Shown here one piece after another: positions 37,530 to 47,138 of a stretch of 64,000 bases of DNA. The position numbers and the translations under genes are program-made. Source of the DNA: an uncultured bacterium (GTDB lineage: Bacteria; Planctomycetota; UBA1135; GCA-002686595). The DNA lies in contig CALSNU010000005.1 of NCBI GenBank assembly GCA_943787795.1, positions 214,032-278,031 on the forward strand. Direction: 5' to 3'. Position 1 is the stretch's first letter. Each line of letters starts with the position of its first letter. A model generated the notes under the pieces. The model was not told the DNA's origin. It saw only the letters and a list, made by a program, of their open reading frames with translations, and did no database searches.

Positions 37530-38258
37530 TCAGCGGCGATCAAAATCAGGCATCTCGCCCTGGCCGGCGGGAGGCTCGCCGTATCCACCGAGGCTGCTCA
37601 CGTACTCGTCGAACTGGGCGGGCGTCAGTGTCGCTTTCATCGAGGCCTTCGTTGCCTCTTGGGCCTCGTTCCAAATGGACTTGTAGCTCTCGGGCCCAAA
37701 GTTCGGATCTTGCTCCATCGAAGCGACCTTCTCGTTCCATGCCTTGGTCTGGGTGTCGAAGACCTCTCGCACGGCCATCACCTGTGCGTCAGTGAGGGCG
37801 AGTTGCACCTGCAGCTTCGCCAGTTGACCCTCCCGGGCCGACTCTGCATTGGCGATCTTCGCCCGCTCCGAGGCCAAGCGCGCTCGCTCCGCGCGGGCAT
37901 CGAGGACTCGCTCGAGGGTGGTCTCGAGCGAACCCTGGGAGTTGGGCGAAGACGGATCACTGGCCAAGAGCTCAGCGACGATCGACTCAACGTCCTCCCT
38001 CGTCAACTGATCGCTGGCCCCGGAGCGGGGCGCAACTTCCATCATTCGGGCGGCGGATTCCACGTTCGTCAGCCGGGCGCTCAGGAGTTCCAAGCTCTCC
38101 GAGAGGTCGCTGAAGCGGGCGTTCAACTGTGCTGACTGGTCGGCGTCGAGGCCAGGCCGGGGGGCGGGGGCGTCCGAGGGCAGGAGGCTGGCGCCCACAG
38201 CGCCAGCGACACCTGCCGCGATCATGGAGAGAAATACGAAGAGGCTCTTTTCGGGCAT
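37530..38258 (-). CDS. Membrane-anchored helical protein with LTxxQ (Spy/CpxP-like) motifs; paralog of 38676..39422
   Basis: N-terminal TM; LAKLQVQLALTDAQ and LTPAQFDEY. Confidence 0.7.
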   Translation of the reverse strand: MPEKSLFVFLSMIAAGVAGAVGASLLPSDAPAPRPGLDADQSAQLNARFSDLSESLELLSARLTNVESAARMMEVAPRSGASDQLTREDVESIVAELLASDPSSPNSQGSLETTLERVLDARAERARLASERAKIANAESAREGQLAKLQVQLALTDAQVMAVREVFDTQTKAWNEKVASMEQDPNFGPESYKSIWNEAQEATKASMKATLTPAQFDEYVSSLGGYGEPPAGQGEMPDFDRR

Positions 38259-38603
38259 CGGGTGGCTCGCCTGGCTGGCGCTGTTGTGGTCCTGGTGGCA
38301 GTGATGGGGTCTTCGCCCGCTCCTAGGGGCACCGCGGAAATGACCCCGGCAGGTGGAAGGGCACGCAGCTTCCCTGTGAGAGCACCTTGAGCGTCAATGC
38401 TGCGGTCGTCAATGCTCGGCCCCGGACCTTTGGAGATGGCCCTGATTGAAGTCCCAGCGATGCCTGGTTTCGGCATGCAAGACTCGGTGCAAAGCGAGGT
38501 CGGTTCTCCACGGCGAGGGGGGAGTAGCGGTGGCTGACTGTCTCAGTGGGCATCCGGTGCCTCAGCGGGCAGCCAGTGGCTCAGCAGGGCCTACCCAACC
38601 CTA

Positions 38604-38650
38604 TGAACGCGGGAGGCGGCCGATCGAAAGTCGGCCGCCTCCCGCGTTCA
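38604..38650 (-). terminator. Perfect 20-bp stem hairpin downstream of 38676..39422
   Basis: TGAACGCGGGAGGCGGCCGA-tcgaaag-TCGGCCGCCTCCCGCGTTCA, with no clear U-tract. Confidence 0.7.
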
Positions 38651-38675
38651 AAGGGGGCACTCTCGGGAGGGTCGC

Positions 38676-39422
38676 TCAGCGGCCGCCGCGGCCGCCGCGG
38701 CCGCCGCCGTTGTCGCCGCCGCGTCCGCCCCAGCGCTGGTTGGAGTTGGACTCCTCGTATTGCTCGTACTGGCTGGGGGAGAGGACGCCTTGGATGGCCA
38801 GGTTGGTCTCGTCACGCAGGCCGGTCCACATCTCGCGCATGCTGCCCATATCGAGTCCGGAGTCCCGGGCCTCGCGCATGGTCTGGCGCATCTCGTCGAC
38901 CTTGGCCGTCTGCCCCTGGAAGATCCCGCGCATGGAGTCGAGCTGGGTCTGATCCAGGCCGAGGTCGGTCTGGAGCTTGGCGAGGCGGTCCTCGAGGCGC
39001 TTGGCCTCTGCGTCGGCCCGCCGCTGCTGCCGATCCTGCTCCTCTTGCTCTTCGCGCTGCTCGATGACGTTGGCCACCGCGGACTCTAGGGACGGGCTCG
39101 TGATGGCCGGAGCGCCCTCGACCGAGCCGAGCACCTCCTTCACCATACTCTCGATCTCGCTCCGATCGAGGCTCGCCGCGACGCGCCCGGACGCCGCGAT
39201 GGGCGCCAAGGTCTCCGCGCTCTCGAGGCTCTCCACGCGCTCGGCGAGGGTCGAGATCGAGACTCCAAGCTCGTCGATGGCGGCGAGGAGCTCCGGGCCA
39301 GCGGCCTCGGCCGAGGCCGCCTCGGGCCCCGGTGCCGGGGCGAGCAGGACGGTGGCGCCGACGGCGCTCGCGGCGCCCGCGAGGACACTGCCGAGGAGGA
39401 TGAGAGGGGTGCTGTTGGACAT
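38676..39422 (-). CDS. Membrane-anchored helical protein with LTxxQ-like motifs and a GGRGG tail
   Basis: N-terminal TM; LAKLQTDLGLDQTQ, LSPSQYEQY, C-terminal GGRGGDNGGGRGGRGGR. Confidence 0.75.
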   Translation of the reverse strand: MSNSTPLILLGSVLAGAASAVGATVLLAPAPGPEAASAEAAGPELLAAIDELGVSISTLAERVESLESAETLAPIAASGRVAASLDRSEIESMVKEVLGSVEGAPAITSPSLESAVANVIEQREEQEEQDRQQRRADAEAKRLEDRLAKLQTDLGLDQTQLDSMRGIFQGQTAKVDEMRQTMREARDSGLDMGSMREMWTGLRDETNLAIQGVLSPSQYEQYEESNSNQRWGGRGGDNGGGRGGRGGR

Positions 39423-39463
39423 GGCTGTAGAAGTAAGGGGTGTGGTCTTGTTTGTGATGCGGG

Positions 39464-40552
39464 TCAGTCGTCGCTCTCGGCCTTGCCGGTGGCGACCTCG
39501 ACGTTGACCTCGATGGTGGTCTCGGTGGAGCGGCTCATCTCCATGAGCCCACGCTGGGTCTCGCGCTCCATCTCCATGTCGACCTGGTACGAGCCTTCGA
39601 CGCGGAGGGCGACCGGGCGCTCCTCCTCGATGCTCCAGAGCAGCGCGCCCTCGAACTCGCCGGTGTAGGTGGACTCCTGGGGGGCCGGGGCCGAGGGGCT
39701 CAGCACCTGGCCGCCTCTGCCGCCGCGTCCGCCGCGCTGGCGGGCCTCCATGGCGCCCTCGACCTCAATCTCGAGGGAGATCACCGCGCACTCCAGTCCG
39801 CCGGCTTCCTCGGTCTCCTCTGTGAACGTCGCGGTGATGGACCAATCGCCGCCCGCGATGGCGCCCAGGCCGGTCCGGGCACCGCCGCCGCGCATTCCGC
39901 CTCGGCCGCCGCGACCACCGCGGCCCTCGCCGCCGCCCTCACCGCCGCGCTGCGGCCGATCGATGAGCTTGCCTTCGAGCGGTGCGCCGAGGGCGATCAT
40001 GAGCGCCTCACCCTCGATGTCCCAGGTCGCGCCGAGCTCCACGGCGTCCTCAGGGAGCAGGGTGTCCAGCGGGAGCGAGAGGCGGTGCCCTTCGAGGCGA
40101 CCCTCGCCCTCGGGCTCTTCTCCGTCGACGATCTCCACCTCGGACTCGTCGTCCTCGCCGGTGATCAGGATGGTGAGCCCGTCGAAGCTGCTCTCCGCCT
40201 CCATCTCCATGGGGCCATCGCGGCCCTCACGCTCGGTGCTCGCGCTCACCTCGTCGAAGGACCGCTCGACCTTCGTGGGTGCGCCGTCCTTCACCTCCTT
40301 GGCCGTGTCCGTGTAGGAGTAGCTCATGGAGGTTGAGCTGCCACCGCCGCCGAAGCCGCGGCCCTCCATGGGCTCGCCGTCGATGTAGAACTCCGAGCTC
40401 AGGGTCTCGTTGGAGGACTCGACCGCGACGCTGACCTCGAAGGTCCGCTCGGTGGAGTAGCGGGTGGCGAGGGTCGCCTCGATCAAGACGCCGGCTGCAG
40501 CGGTTGCGACCAGGGTCACGGCGCTGACGGTGAAGGTGGGAGAGTTGAACAT
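39464..40552 (-). CDS. Secreted acidic beta-rich hypothetical protein with Gly/Arg-rich loops
   Basis: Signal-like N-terminus, E/T-rich strands, two GGRGGRGG inserts. Confidence 0.7.
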   Translation of the reverse strand: MFNSPTFTVSAVTLVATAAAGVLIEATLATRYSTERTFEVSVAVESSNETLSSEFYIDGEPMEGRGFGGGGSSTSMSYSYTDTAKEVKDGAPTKVERSFDEVSASTEREGRDGPMEMEAESSFDGLTILITGEDDESEVEIVDGEEPEGEGRLEGHRLSLPLDTLLPEDAVELGATWDIEGEALMIALGAPLEGKLIDRPQRGGEGGGEGRGGRGGRGGMRGGGARTGLGAIAGGDWSITATFTEETEEAGGLECAVISLEIEVEGAMEARQRGGRGGRGGQVLSPSAPAPQESTYTGEFEGALLWSIEEERPVALRVEGSYQVDMEMERETQRGLMEMSRSTETTIEVNVEVATGKAESDD

Positions 40553-40841
40553 GGTGCTGGTCTGGCTGTTCGCCGTGCGGGGAGCGGGGAGCGGGGTGCC
40601 GGGTGCTGTTGGCGGAGGAGCGAGCGATGTACCCGGCGCCTCTCACGTCTTCGGCCCATTGGAACCGATTCCGGCCCCTTGAGTTCCGCCCGTACCCCAC
40701 CCGGGGGGCTGTTTGGCGCTGGCAGTCGGGGCGGTGTTGCCAGCGGTCGTCCCACGCTTGGTCCTGGGGGCAACGCGGGGCGGCCCGGGGCCTCGTCGCT
40801 CTGTTGCGGAGGTGTAAATCGCCGCGGGGGAGCGAGGGCTC

Positions 40842-41594
40842 TCAGCGCAGGGTCCGACGGACGAGGGCCATTCGGGTTCGGCTGACGGGAACCGTGGCGC
40901 CTCCCTCGAGGGTCAACCTTCCGGTACCGGACGTCGAGCTGGCGAGCGCGCGCACCGCCTGTCGGCGGATGATGGCGGAGCGGTGGACCCTCAGGAAATC
41001 TTCGGCAGGGAGTCGCTTCTCCACGTGTCCCATCGAGGCCCTCATCAGCTCGACGCCGCCGTCCGAGCTGTGGACCTTGACGTATTGATCGGCGGCCTCA
41101 ACCCAGAGGATCTCGTCGAAGGGGACCATCACCATCTCTCCCTCGCGGTGGATGACGAGGCGTTCCTCTCCGCGCTCTTCAAGTAGCCCCTGCAGGCGCG
41201 CCTGGCCGGGGGCGGGCCCCTCCTGCTGTCGACGCTCTCTCGCCCTTGTGAGGGCCTGGGTGAAGCGCGCGTCGTCGAAGGGTTTGAGCAGGTAGTCCAC
41301 TGCGTGGAGCTCGAAGGCCTCCACGGCGTGGTCATCGTGAGCCGTGGCGAAGACCACAAGCGGCCGCGCGTCGGACTCCAGCGCTGCGACGACGTCGAGG
41401 CCAGAGCCGGACGGCATGCGGATGTCGAGGACCAGGAGGTCCGGCGAGAGCTCCTTGGCGAGGCGCAGGGCCTCGGCTCCGGTGCTGCAGGCACCGACAA
41501 GCTCCAGGGTGGGGTCGTTGGAGATGAGCCTGCGGAGCGAGTCGAGCGCATGGGGCTCGTCGTCTGCGCAGAGGACTCGCATGATCTCGGTCAT
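40842..41594 (-). CDS. LytTR family response regulator
   Basis: ADDE, LDIRMP, AFELHAVDYLLKPF, FLRVHRS, VPVSR. Confidence 0.93.
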   Translation of the reverse strand: MTEIMRVLCADDEPHALDSLRRLISNDPTLELVGACSTGAEALRLAKELSPDLLVLDIRMPSGSGLDVVAALESDARPLVVFATAHDDHAVEAFELHAVDYLLKPFDDARFTQALTRARERRQQEGPAPGQARLQGLLEERGEERLVIHREGEMVMVPFDEILWVEAADQYVKVHSSDGGVELMRASMGHVEKRLPAEDFLRVHRSAIIRRQAVRALASSTSGTGRLTLEGGATVPVSRTRMALVRRTLR

Positions 41595-43144
41595 CGGTCC
41601 ACCTCCCCCCGGATCTCTCCTGGCGGCGAGTTCAGAGTCGCTCCCGGCGCCACCGCGGCGCTGTCGTGGGGGCCCGTCTCCAGGTCGTCGAGGGGCATCC
41701 GCAGCCTGGCGCGCGTCCCTCCGCCGTCCATCGCGATGATCTCGAAGGAGGCGCCCTCCTCGAAGAGAGCGGCCAGCCGCGTTCGGACGTGCCTCAACCC
41801 GACGCCGACAGGACTCTCTTCCTGAAAGCCGGCCCCGTCATCTTCGACGTCGATCAAGAGCTGGGTTCCGTCCTCAGTCGAGGCTGCGCGAAGGCGGACC
41901 ACGCCGCCCGCGCTGGACGCGGCGATGCCGTGCTTGACGGCGTTCTCGACGAGCGGCTGGGTGATGAACGCAGGCACCTCCGCGGCGACCAGGGCGGTTG
42001 GGATCTCCAGCTGCACCTGGAGTCGATCTCCGAGCCGGAGCTGTTCGACCTCGAGGTAGCGCTCAGCCAGCTCGACCTCTCGACCCAGGGGGACGAATTG
42101 CTCGGGGCCCGCGTCCAGTGAGGTGCGCAGGAGATCCCCGATGCGGGCGAGCGCGCTCAGCGCCTCGGTGGACTGCTCGGCGCGGATCATGCCGCCCACC
42201 GAGTGCAGGGCATTGAAGAGGAAGTGGGGGTGAAGTTGGCCCTTGAGGGCGGAGAGCTGGGCCGACGTCAACGCGGCTTCAAGCCGGCTGGCGCGGAGCT
42301 TGAGGGCAGCGGCCTCCCGGTCCCTGGTGCGACCGGTCAGGAAGGCCCGCGCTCCGAGGGCGAGCCCGATCAGCGCGAAGTAGATCAGGGCATAGCGGGG
42401 TACGCGAAGCGTCCAGCGGCGCTGGAAGTCCAGTCGGACGTCGCCGGTGACGAAGCCGGAGGCAGCGGTCATGCCGCCGCGGCGTCGCCAGTCCGCGCGG
42501 CCGCGTCGCCCCTCACCCCGCTCACGGCTGGACCGCGAGGCCGCCGATCCTCGTTCCCCAGGACCGTCCGAGTTCGACGCCTCCTGAGTCCCCGAGCCAG
42601 AAGGACCTCGACTGGAGTCAGGGGCGGCGGAACCTGACTCGCCGGGGGCCTCTGCCGCCGCGCCTTCGCGCTCACCGCGCTCCCACGGCGGGCGCCGGCG
42701 TGTGGAGCTGGGGTCCTGCTGGCCCAGCACCCGTTCGCGGAAGTACGCGGTCCGCTCCGGTCCTTGGACCCACGCGGTGAGTGAGTTCTCCAGCACCAGG
42801 AACAGGGACGCGATCACTGCGGCAATGGGGAGATGACAGGCGAGGGCCATGGGCCCTCCCCGGGACCAGCGCGCGATCGCGCCCGCGAAGGCAGAGAGGG
42901 GCAAGACCAGCAGCGCCCAGGCGAGCCAGATCACCCCTTGTCGGAGGACGAGGTCACGCTCTTCGGGACCACCGCCCCAGGCTCGGCGGAGCTCCACCTC
43001 TCCGAAGGACGTCGCGGCCGTCGCGATGAGGGTGGCCACCGCCAGCAGAATGATGATCCGGACCGGGCGGCGGAGCCAGGACTCGAGGTCCGCGAGGGCG
43101 CCGCTCCCGGGGCGGGTGGAGTGGTGATCAGGACCGGCCGGCAT
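41591..43144 (-). CDS. LytS/YehU-type sensor histidine kinase
   Basis: TM segments; QLHPHFLFNAL, YLEVEQLRLGDRL, QPLVENAVKHG, EDDGAG, GVGL. Start placed at MPAGPDH. Confidence 0.9.
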   Translation of the reverse strand: MPAGPDHHSTRPGSGALADLESWLRRPVRIIILLAVATLIATAATSFGEVELRRAWGGGPEERDLVLRQGVIWLAWALLVLPLSAFAGAIARWSRGGPMALACHLPIAAVIASLFLVLENSLTAWVQGPERTAYFRERVLGQQDPSSTRRRPPWERGEREGAAAEAPGESGSAAPDSSRGPSGSGTQEASNSDGPGERGSAASRSSRERGEGRRGRADWRRRGGMTAASGFVTGDVRLDFQRRWTLRVPRYALIYFALIGLALGARAFLTGRTRDREAAALKLRASRLEAALTSAQLSALKGQLHPHFLFNALHSVGGMIRAEQSTEALSALARIGDLLRTSLDAGPEQFVPLGREVELAERYLEVEQLRLGDRLQVQLEIPTALVAAEVPAFITQPLVENAVKHGIAASSAGGVVRLRAASTEDGTQLLIDVEDDGAGFQEESPVGVGLRHVRTRLAALFEEGASFEIIAMDGGGTRARLRMPLDDLETGPHDSAAVAPGATLNSPPGEIRGEVDR

Positions 43145-43289
43145 GGCTCCAGTATCGCATGTTCGTGGCCCCGGTCCCAACACGCTGCGGGCCGCCCACG
43201 ACAACGCAAGCCGTCGTGGCGGGGCCTCCCGGAGAGCATCGTGGGCGCTGGTGCCCCGTGTCCGGGCCCCGCGCCGGTAAGATCTGGCC

Positions 43290-45212
43290 ATGGGCACCCA
43301 CCAGGGAAGCGCTTCTGGCGCCACCGATCTGCGCACCTTCATGCAGGCCGTCCTCGAGGATATTCGCGTCCTCGAGCGGATGATCGATGAGGGGATGATC
43401 GAGAGAGACGTGCGCCGGATCGGCGCGGAGCAGGAGCTGTTCCTCGTGGACGAGGCCTGGCGCCCGATGTCGATCCAGACCGCCATGCTGGACCGCCTCG
43501 GCAAGACGAGCTCGAGCTTCACCCCCGAGCTGGCGAGCTTCAACATCGAGGCCAACCTGCAGCCGCAGGTGCTCTCGCCCACGTGCCTGACCGACATGCA
43601 CGGGGAGCTTGATGAGCTGATGCGTCAGGCGCGAGCCGCTGCGCAGGCGGAGGGCGGCCAGGTCCTGAACTGCGGCATCCTCCCGACGCTCGCGCAGTCG
43701 GATCTGTCCCTGTCGAACATGGCAGAGAACGCGCGCTACCGGCAGCTCAACCAGGTGATGTCGGACCGGCGCGGCGGCCGCTTCGAGAGCCTGATCAAGG
43801 GGCTCGACGAGCTCCGCGTGGTGCACGACAACGTGATGATGGAGGCCTGCAACACCTCCTTCCAGGTGCACTTCCAGGTCGGCGCCGAGGAGTTCGCCAA
43901 CCTGTACAACCTGGCGCAGCTGGTCACGGGGCCGGTCCTCGCCGCGGCGGTCAACTCTCCCGTGCTGCTGCAGCACCGCCTCTGGCATGAGACCCGGGTG
44001 GCGCTCTTCGCCCAGTCCCTCGACATCCGCAACGCGTCGCAGATGGCCCGCAATACCCGCCAGCGCGTGACCTTCGGGGATCGCTGGGTCGAGGGGGGCG
44101 TGCTCGACATCTTCCGCGAGGACGTATCCCGCTTCAGGCTGCTGCTCGGCGGCGACACTGCAGGCAGCTCCATGGAGGCCCTGAATCGCGGCGAGGTCCC
44201 GACGCTGGATGCCCTGCGCGCGCACAACGGCACGGTCTACCGCTGGAACCGGCCCTGCTACGGGATCTCCGATGGCAAGCCTCACCTCCGCATCGAGAAC
44301 CGCGTGCTCCCGGCGGGTCCCACGGTGGAGGACCAGATCGCCAACACGGCCTTTTACCTGGGCCTGATGATCGCCTTCGGAGAGGAGCTCGACGACGTCC
44401 GGCGCGTCATGGAGTTCGACGACGCCAAGGGCAACTTCATGGCGGCCGCCCGCTACGGGCTCTCCGCCGAGCTGCGCTGGCTCGGGGGCCAGCGCGTGAG
44501 CGCGCGCGACCTGATCCTCTCGGACCTGCTCCCGCGGGCGCGAGAAGGGTTGGCCTTCAAGGGCATCGAGCGCGGCTCTGCGGATCGCTACCTGAACCTC
44601 ATCGAGGAGCGCGTGTCGAGCGGCAGGACCGGCGCCCAGTGGGCCCTGGATTCGCTGGCCCGGATGGGGACCCGTGGGACGCTGGACGAGCGGCACCGCG
44701 CGCTGGCCTCGGCGACCTATGCGCGTCAAGCCGCGGGGGTCCCGGTCCACAAGTGGGCGCTGGCGGACCTCGACGAGATCTCCGACTGGCGCCATAGCTT
44801 CCGGACCGTCGGCCAGATCATGAGCCGTGACCTGTTCACGTTGCACCCGGAGGACGTGATCGACCTCGCCGCCAGCCTGATGGATTGGGAGCACATCCGC
44901 TACGTCCCGGTGGAGGACGACCAGGGCATCCTCGTGGGGCTCCTCACCCAGCGAGGCCTGCTCCGCAAGCTGTCTGTCCGCAAGGAGGGCGAGGACAGCG
45001 CCGGCCCGCTCTCTGTCCAGGACGTGATGGTCGCCGGCCCGGTGACGGTGTCCCCGGGGGACACCACCATCGCCGCGATCGAGATCATGCGGGAGCACCG
45101 CATCGGGTGTCTTCCGGTGGTGGAGAGCGGCCGGCTGGTGGGCATCGTGACCGAGCACGACTTCGTGGACGCGGCGGCGAACCTCCTCGAGGAGACCCTG
45201 CGCGCCCGCTGA
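43290..45212 (+). CDS. Glutamate-cysteine ligase (GCS2)-like carboxylate-amine ligase with a C-terminal CBS pair
   Basis: IGAEQELFLVD, ELASFNIEAN, NTSFQVH, YRWNRPCY, RIENRVLP; CBS pair (VGQIMS...IRYVPV; VQDVM...IGCLPVV...GIVTEHD). Confidence 0.85.
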   Translation: MGTHQGSASGATDLRTFMQAVLEDIRVLERMIDEGMIERDVRRIGAEQELFLVDEAWRPMSIQTAMLDRLGKTSSSFTPELASFNIEANLQPQVLSPTCLTDMHGELDELMRQARAAAQAEGGQVLNCGILPTLAQSDLSLSNMAENARYRQLNQVMSDRRGGRFESLIKGLDELRVVHDNVMMEACNTSFQVHFQVGAEEFANLYNLAQLVTGPVLAAAVNSPVLLQHRLWHETRVALFAQSLDIRNASQMARNTRQRVTFGDRWVEGGVLDIFREDVSRFRLLLGGDTAGSSMEALNRGEVPTLDALRAHNGTVYRWNRPCYGISDGKPHLRIENRVLPAGPTVEDQIANTAFYLGLMIAFGEELDDVRRVMEFDDAKGNFMAAARYGLSAELRWLGGQRVSARDLILSDLLPRAREGLAFKGIERGSADRYLNLIEERVSSGRTGAQWALDSLARMGTRGTLDERHRALASATYARQAAGVPVHKWALADLDEISDWRHSFRTVGQIMSRDLFTLHPEDVIDLAASLMDWEHIRYVPVEDDQGILVGLLTQRGLLRKLSVRKEGEDSAGPLSVQDVMVAGPVTVSPGDTTIAAIEIMREHRIGCLPVVESGRLVGIVTEHDFVDAAANLLEETLRAR

Positions 45213-45279
45213 GCTCAGGAGAAGGCCTCGGGCCGGACCTCAAGTCCGGTCGCAGGAGCGTCCGAAGAGCCCCGAAGGC

Positions 45280-46473
45280 ATGAGCGAGGCAAGCGTCGAA
45301 TCCGGGCAAGGGGCCCGCCGTGGCCCGGCCCAAGGTCTCACTCTGGGAGACGTGGAGCGGCGGCTGGGGGTGAAGGACGACGGGCGCCCTGGGCCGCTGG
45401 TCCTCATCACCGCCGGTCTGCACGGCAACGAGCCGGCAGGCGTAGCGGCCGCGCGGCGAGTGATCGCGGAGCTCGAGGGCCGGCCCACGGCGGGTCGGGT
45501 GGTCGCGCTGGCTGGGAACCTGGGCGCGCTCAGGCGGGGGGAGCGGCACGGCGGACAGGACCTCAACCGGCTCTGGACCGGCCCCATCCTCGCGGCGCTC
45601 CGCGAGCAGGATCCAGCGGCGGATCGTCCCGATGAGGCGGAGCTCCGGGAGCTGCTCGGCATCCTCGAGGGCGAGCGCGAGCTCGCCAGGGGGACGGGCC
45701 GGGAGGTGCTGCTCCTCGACCTGCACTCCACCTCTGCGGGGGGAGGCCCCTTCAGCGTGGTGCCGGACGTGGTCGCGAGCCGGCGGTTGGCCCGGGCCAT
45801 CGGGCTCCCTGTGGTGCTCGGGCTCGAGCAGCGGATCGAGGGGCCGCTGCTCACGTGGATCGTGGGGCAGGGGGAGGTGGGCGTCGTCCTCGAGGGCGGC
45901 CAGCACGAGGACCCGCAGACCGAGGGGGTCCTGGCGCATGCGCTGCGCGTGGCCCTTGACCACGCCGGCGTGACCCACACCGACCGGGCTTCCGCGCGGA
46001 GGTCTCGTGCGCACATTGACACGATCCGAGGCGGGGTCCCGCCGGTGCTCGACATGGTCTACGCCCAACCCGTCGAGCCGGGGGACGGCTTTGTGATGGA
46101 GCCGGGGTGGAGCAACTTCAAGCCCGTCTGCGCCGGGCAAGCGCTCGGCCTCCAGCAGGGGGAGGTGGTGCAGGCACCGATCGACTCCTACATGCTCATG
46201 CCCCTCTACCAGGGCCTGGGCTCGGAGGGGTTCTTCCTCTGCACGCCTGTGGGGCGGGTGTGGCTCGTGGCCTCCAGGGTCGTCCGCCGCCTGCGCCTCG
46301 ACCTCGCCCTCAGGCTGCTCCCCGGAGTACGCGCCGTGCGTCGCGCTGGCACGGGAGTCGTGTGCTCGCCCGGGACGTCACCCAGGACGGAGTCCTGGCT
46401 CGCGCTCTTCGGCTATCGCACCTCGACCGTCGACGGCGACCAGGTCATCTGGACCCGTCGACGAGCCGGCTGA
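45280..46473 (+). CDS. Succinylglutamate desuccinylase/aspartoacylase (AstE/AspA, M14-like) family protein
   Basis: GLHGNE, DLNR, LDLHS, EGGQH. Confidence 0.85.
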   Translation: MSEASVESGQGARRGPAQGLTLGDVERRLGVKDDGRPGPLVLITAGLHGNEPAGVAAARRVIAELEGRPTAGRVVALAGNLGALRRGERHGGQDLNRLWTGPILAALREQDPAADRPDEAELRELLGILEGERELARGTGREVLLLDLHSTSAGGGPFSVVPDVVASRRLARAIGLPVVLGLEQRIEGPLLTWIVGQGEVGVVLEGGQHEDPQTEGVLAHALRVALDHAGVTHTDRASARRSRAHIDTIRGGVPPVLDMVYAQPVEPGDGFVMEPGWSNFKPVCAGQALGLQQGEVVQAPIDSYMLMPLYQGLGSEGFFLCTPVGRVWLVASRVVRRLRLDLALRLLPGVRAVRRAGTGVVCSPGTSPRTESWLALFGYRTSTVDGDQVIWTRRRAG

Positions 46474-46633
46474 GCTCCCGCAACCTCGCTACCCTGCGGC
46501 CCCGAGGACTCTCCCTGTGCCGGGTGACCCTGCAGCGCCAGAAGTGCCAGAGCGCCAGAAGAGCCAGGTCCCAGGATGAGCTAGAGCTCCAGAAGAGCTA
46601 CGGCGCCAGGTGGCCGAGCCAGGGGGGCCGGGC

Positions 46634-47086
46634 TCAGGACGCGAATTCGATCGCTCCCTCGGGCAAGAGGTAGACGATGAGCATTCGCCCCCCGCTGACG
46701 GTGGGCACGTGCTCGCTGCCGGGAGTCTCCACGACCCACCCAGGACCCTGTCCGCCGAAGGTGGGGGCCCCTTTGAGGGCGACGCACCAGTTCACCTCGC
46801 CGTTGGGGTGGCGGTGGCGCGGCCCGGGTCCGGTCATGTCCACGACGTCGATCGAGAACCCGCCGGTCTCCTCGGTGGCCTTCGCAGCGCGGCTATAGCG
46901 CACGGGCGGGGCGCCCCGATCCGCGACCTTGCCCGCCTCCAGGAGCTCGACCAGCGCCTGGCTGAGCTGATGCCCCTCCGGGGAGTCGGGATCGAGCCGG
47001 GAGTTGAGCTCTGCGCGAGCGGCGTCCGGATCGGAGAGAGGGACGCCGGTGGCGGCGTCGATGAGGGGTTTGAAGATCTCAAGCAT
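46634..47086 (-). CDS. DUF4863 family cupin-like protein
   Basis: FSIDVVDM, GPRHRHPNGE, PGSEHVPTVSGG, YLLPEGAIEF. Start placed at MLEIFKP. Confidence 0.75.
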   Translation of the reverse strand: MLEIFKPLIDAATGVPLSDPDAARAELNSRLDPDSPEGHQLSQALVELLEAGKVADRGAPPVRYSRAAKATEETGGFSIDVVDMTGPGPRHRHPNGEVNWCVALKGAPTFGGQGPGWVVETPGSEHVPTVSGGRMLIVYLLPEGAIEFAS

Positions 47087-47138
47087 CGGCGGGACGGGGC
47101 ACTGGGTTGGCGTGGCCTCGAGGTTACCCTTTCCCACC

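Noticed and set aside
38320..38600. Possible riboswitch or ncRNA between the paralogs
   Set aside because: No recognisable conserved RNA motif or convincing structure by eye.
40740..40800. LytTR direct-repeat operator (GGTCGTCCC / CTTGGTCCT / CTCGTCGCT)
   Set aside because: The repeats are degenerate and not at the roughly 21-22 bp period expected for LytTR sites.
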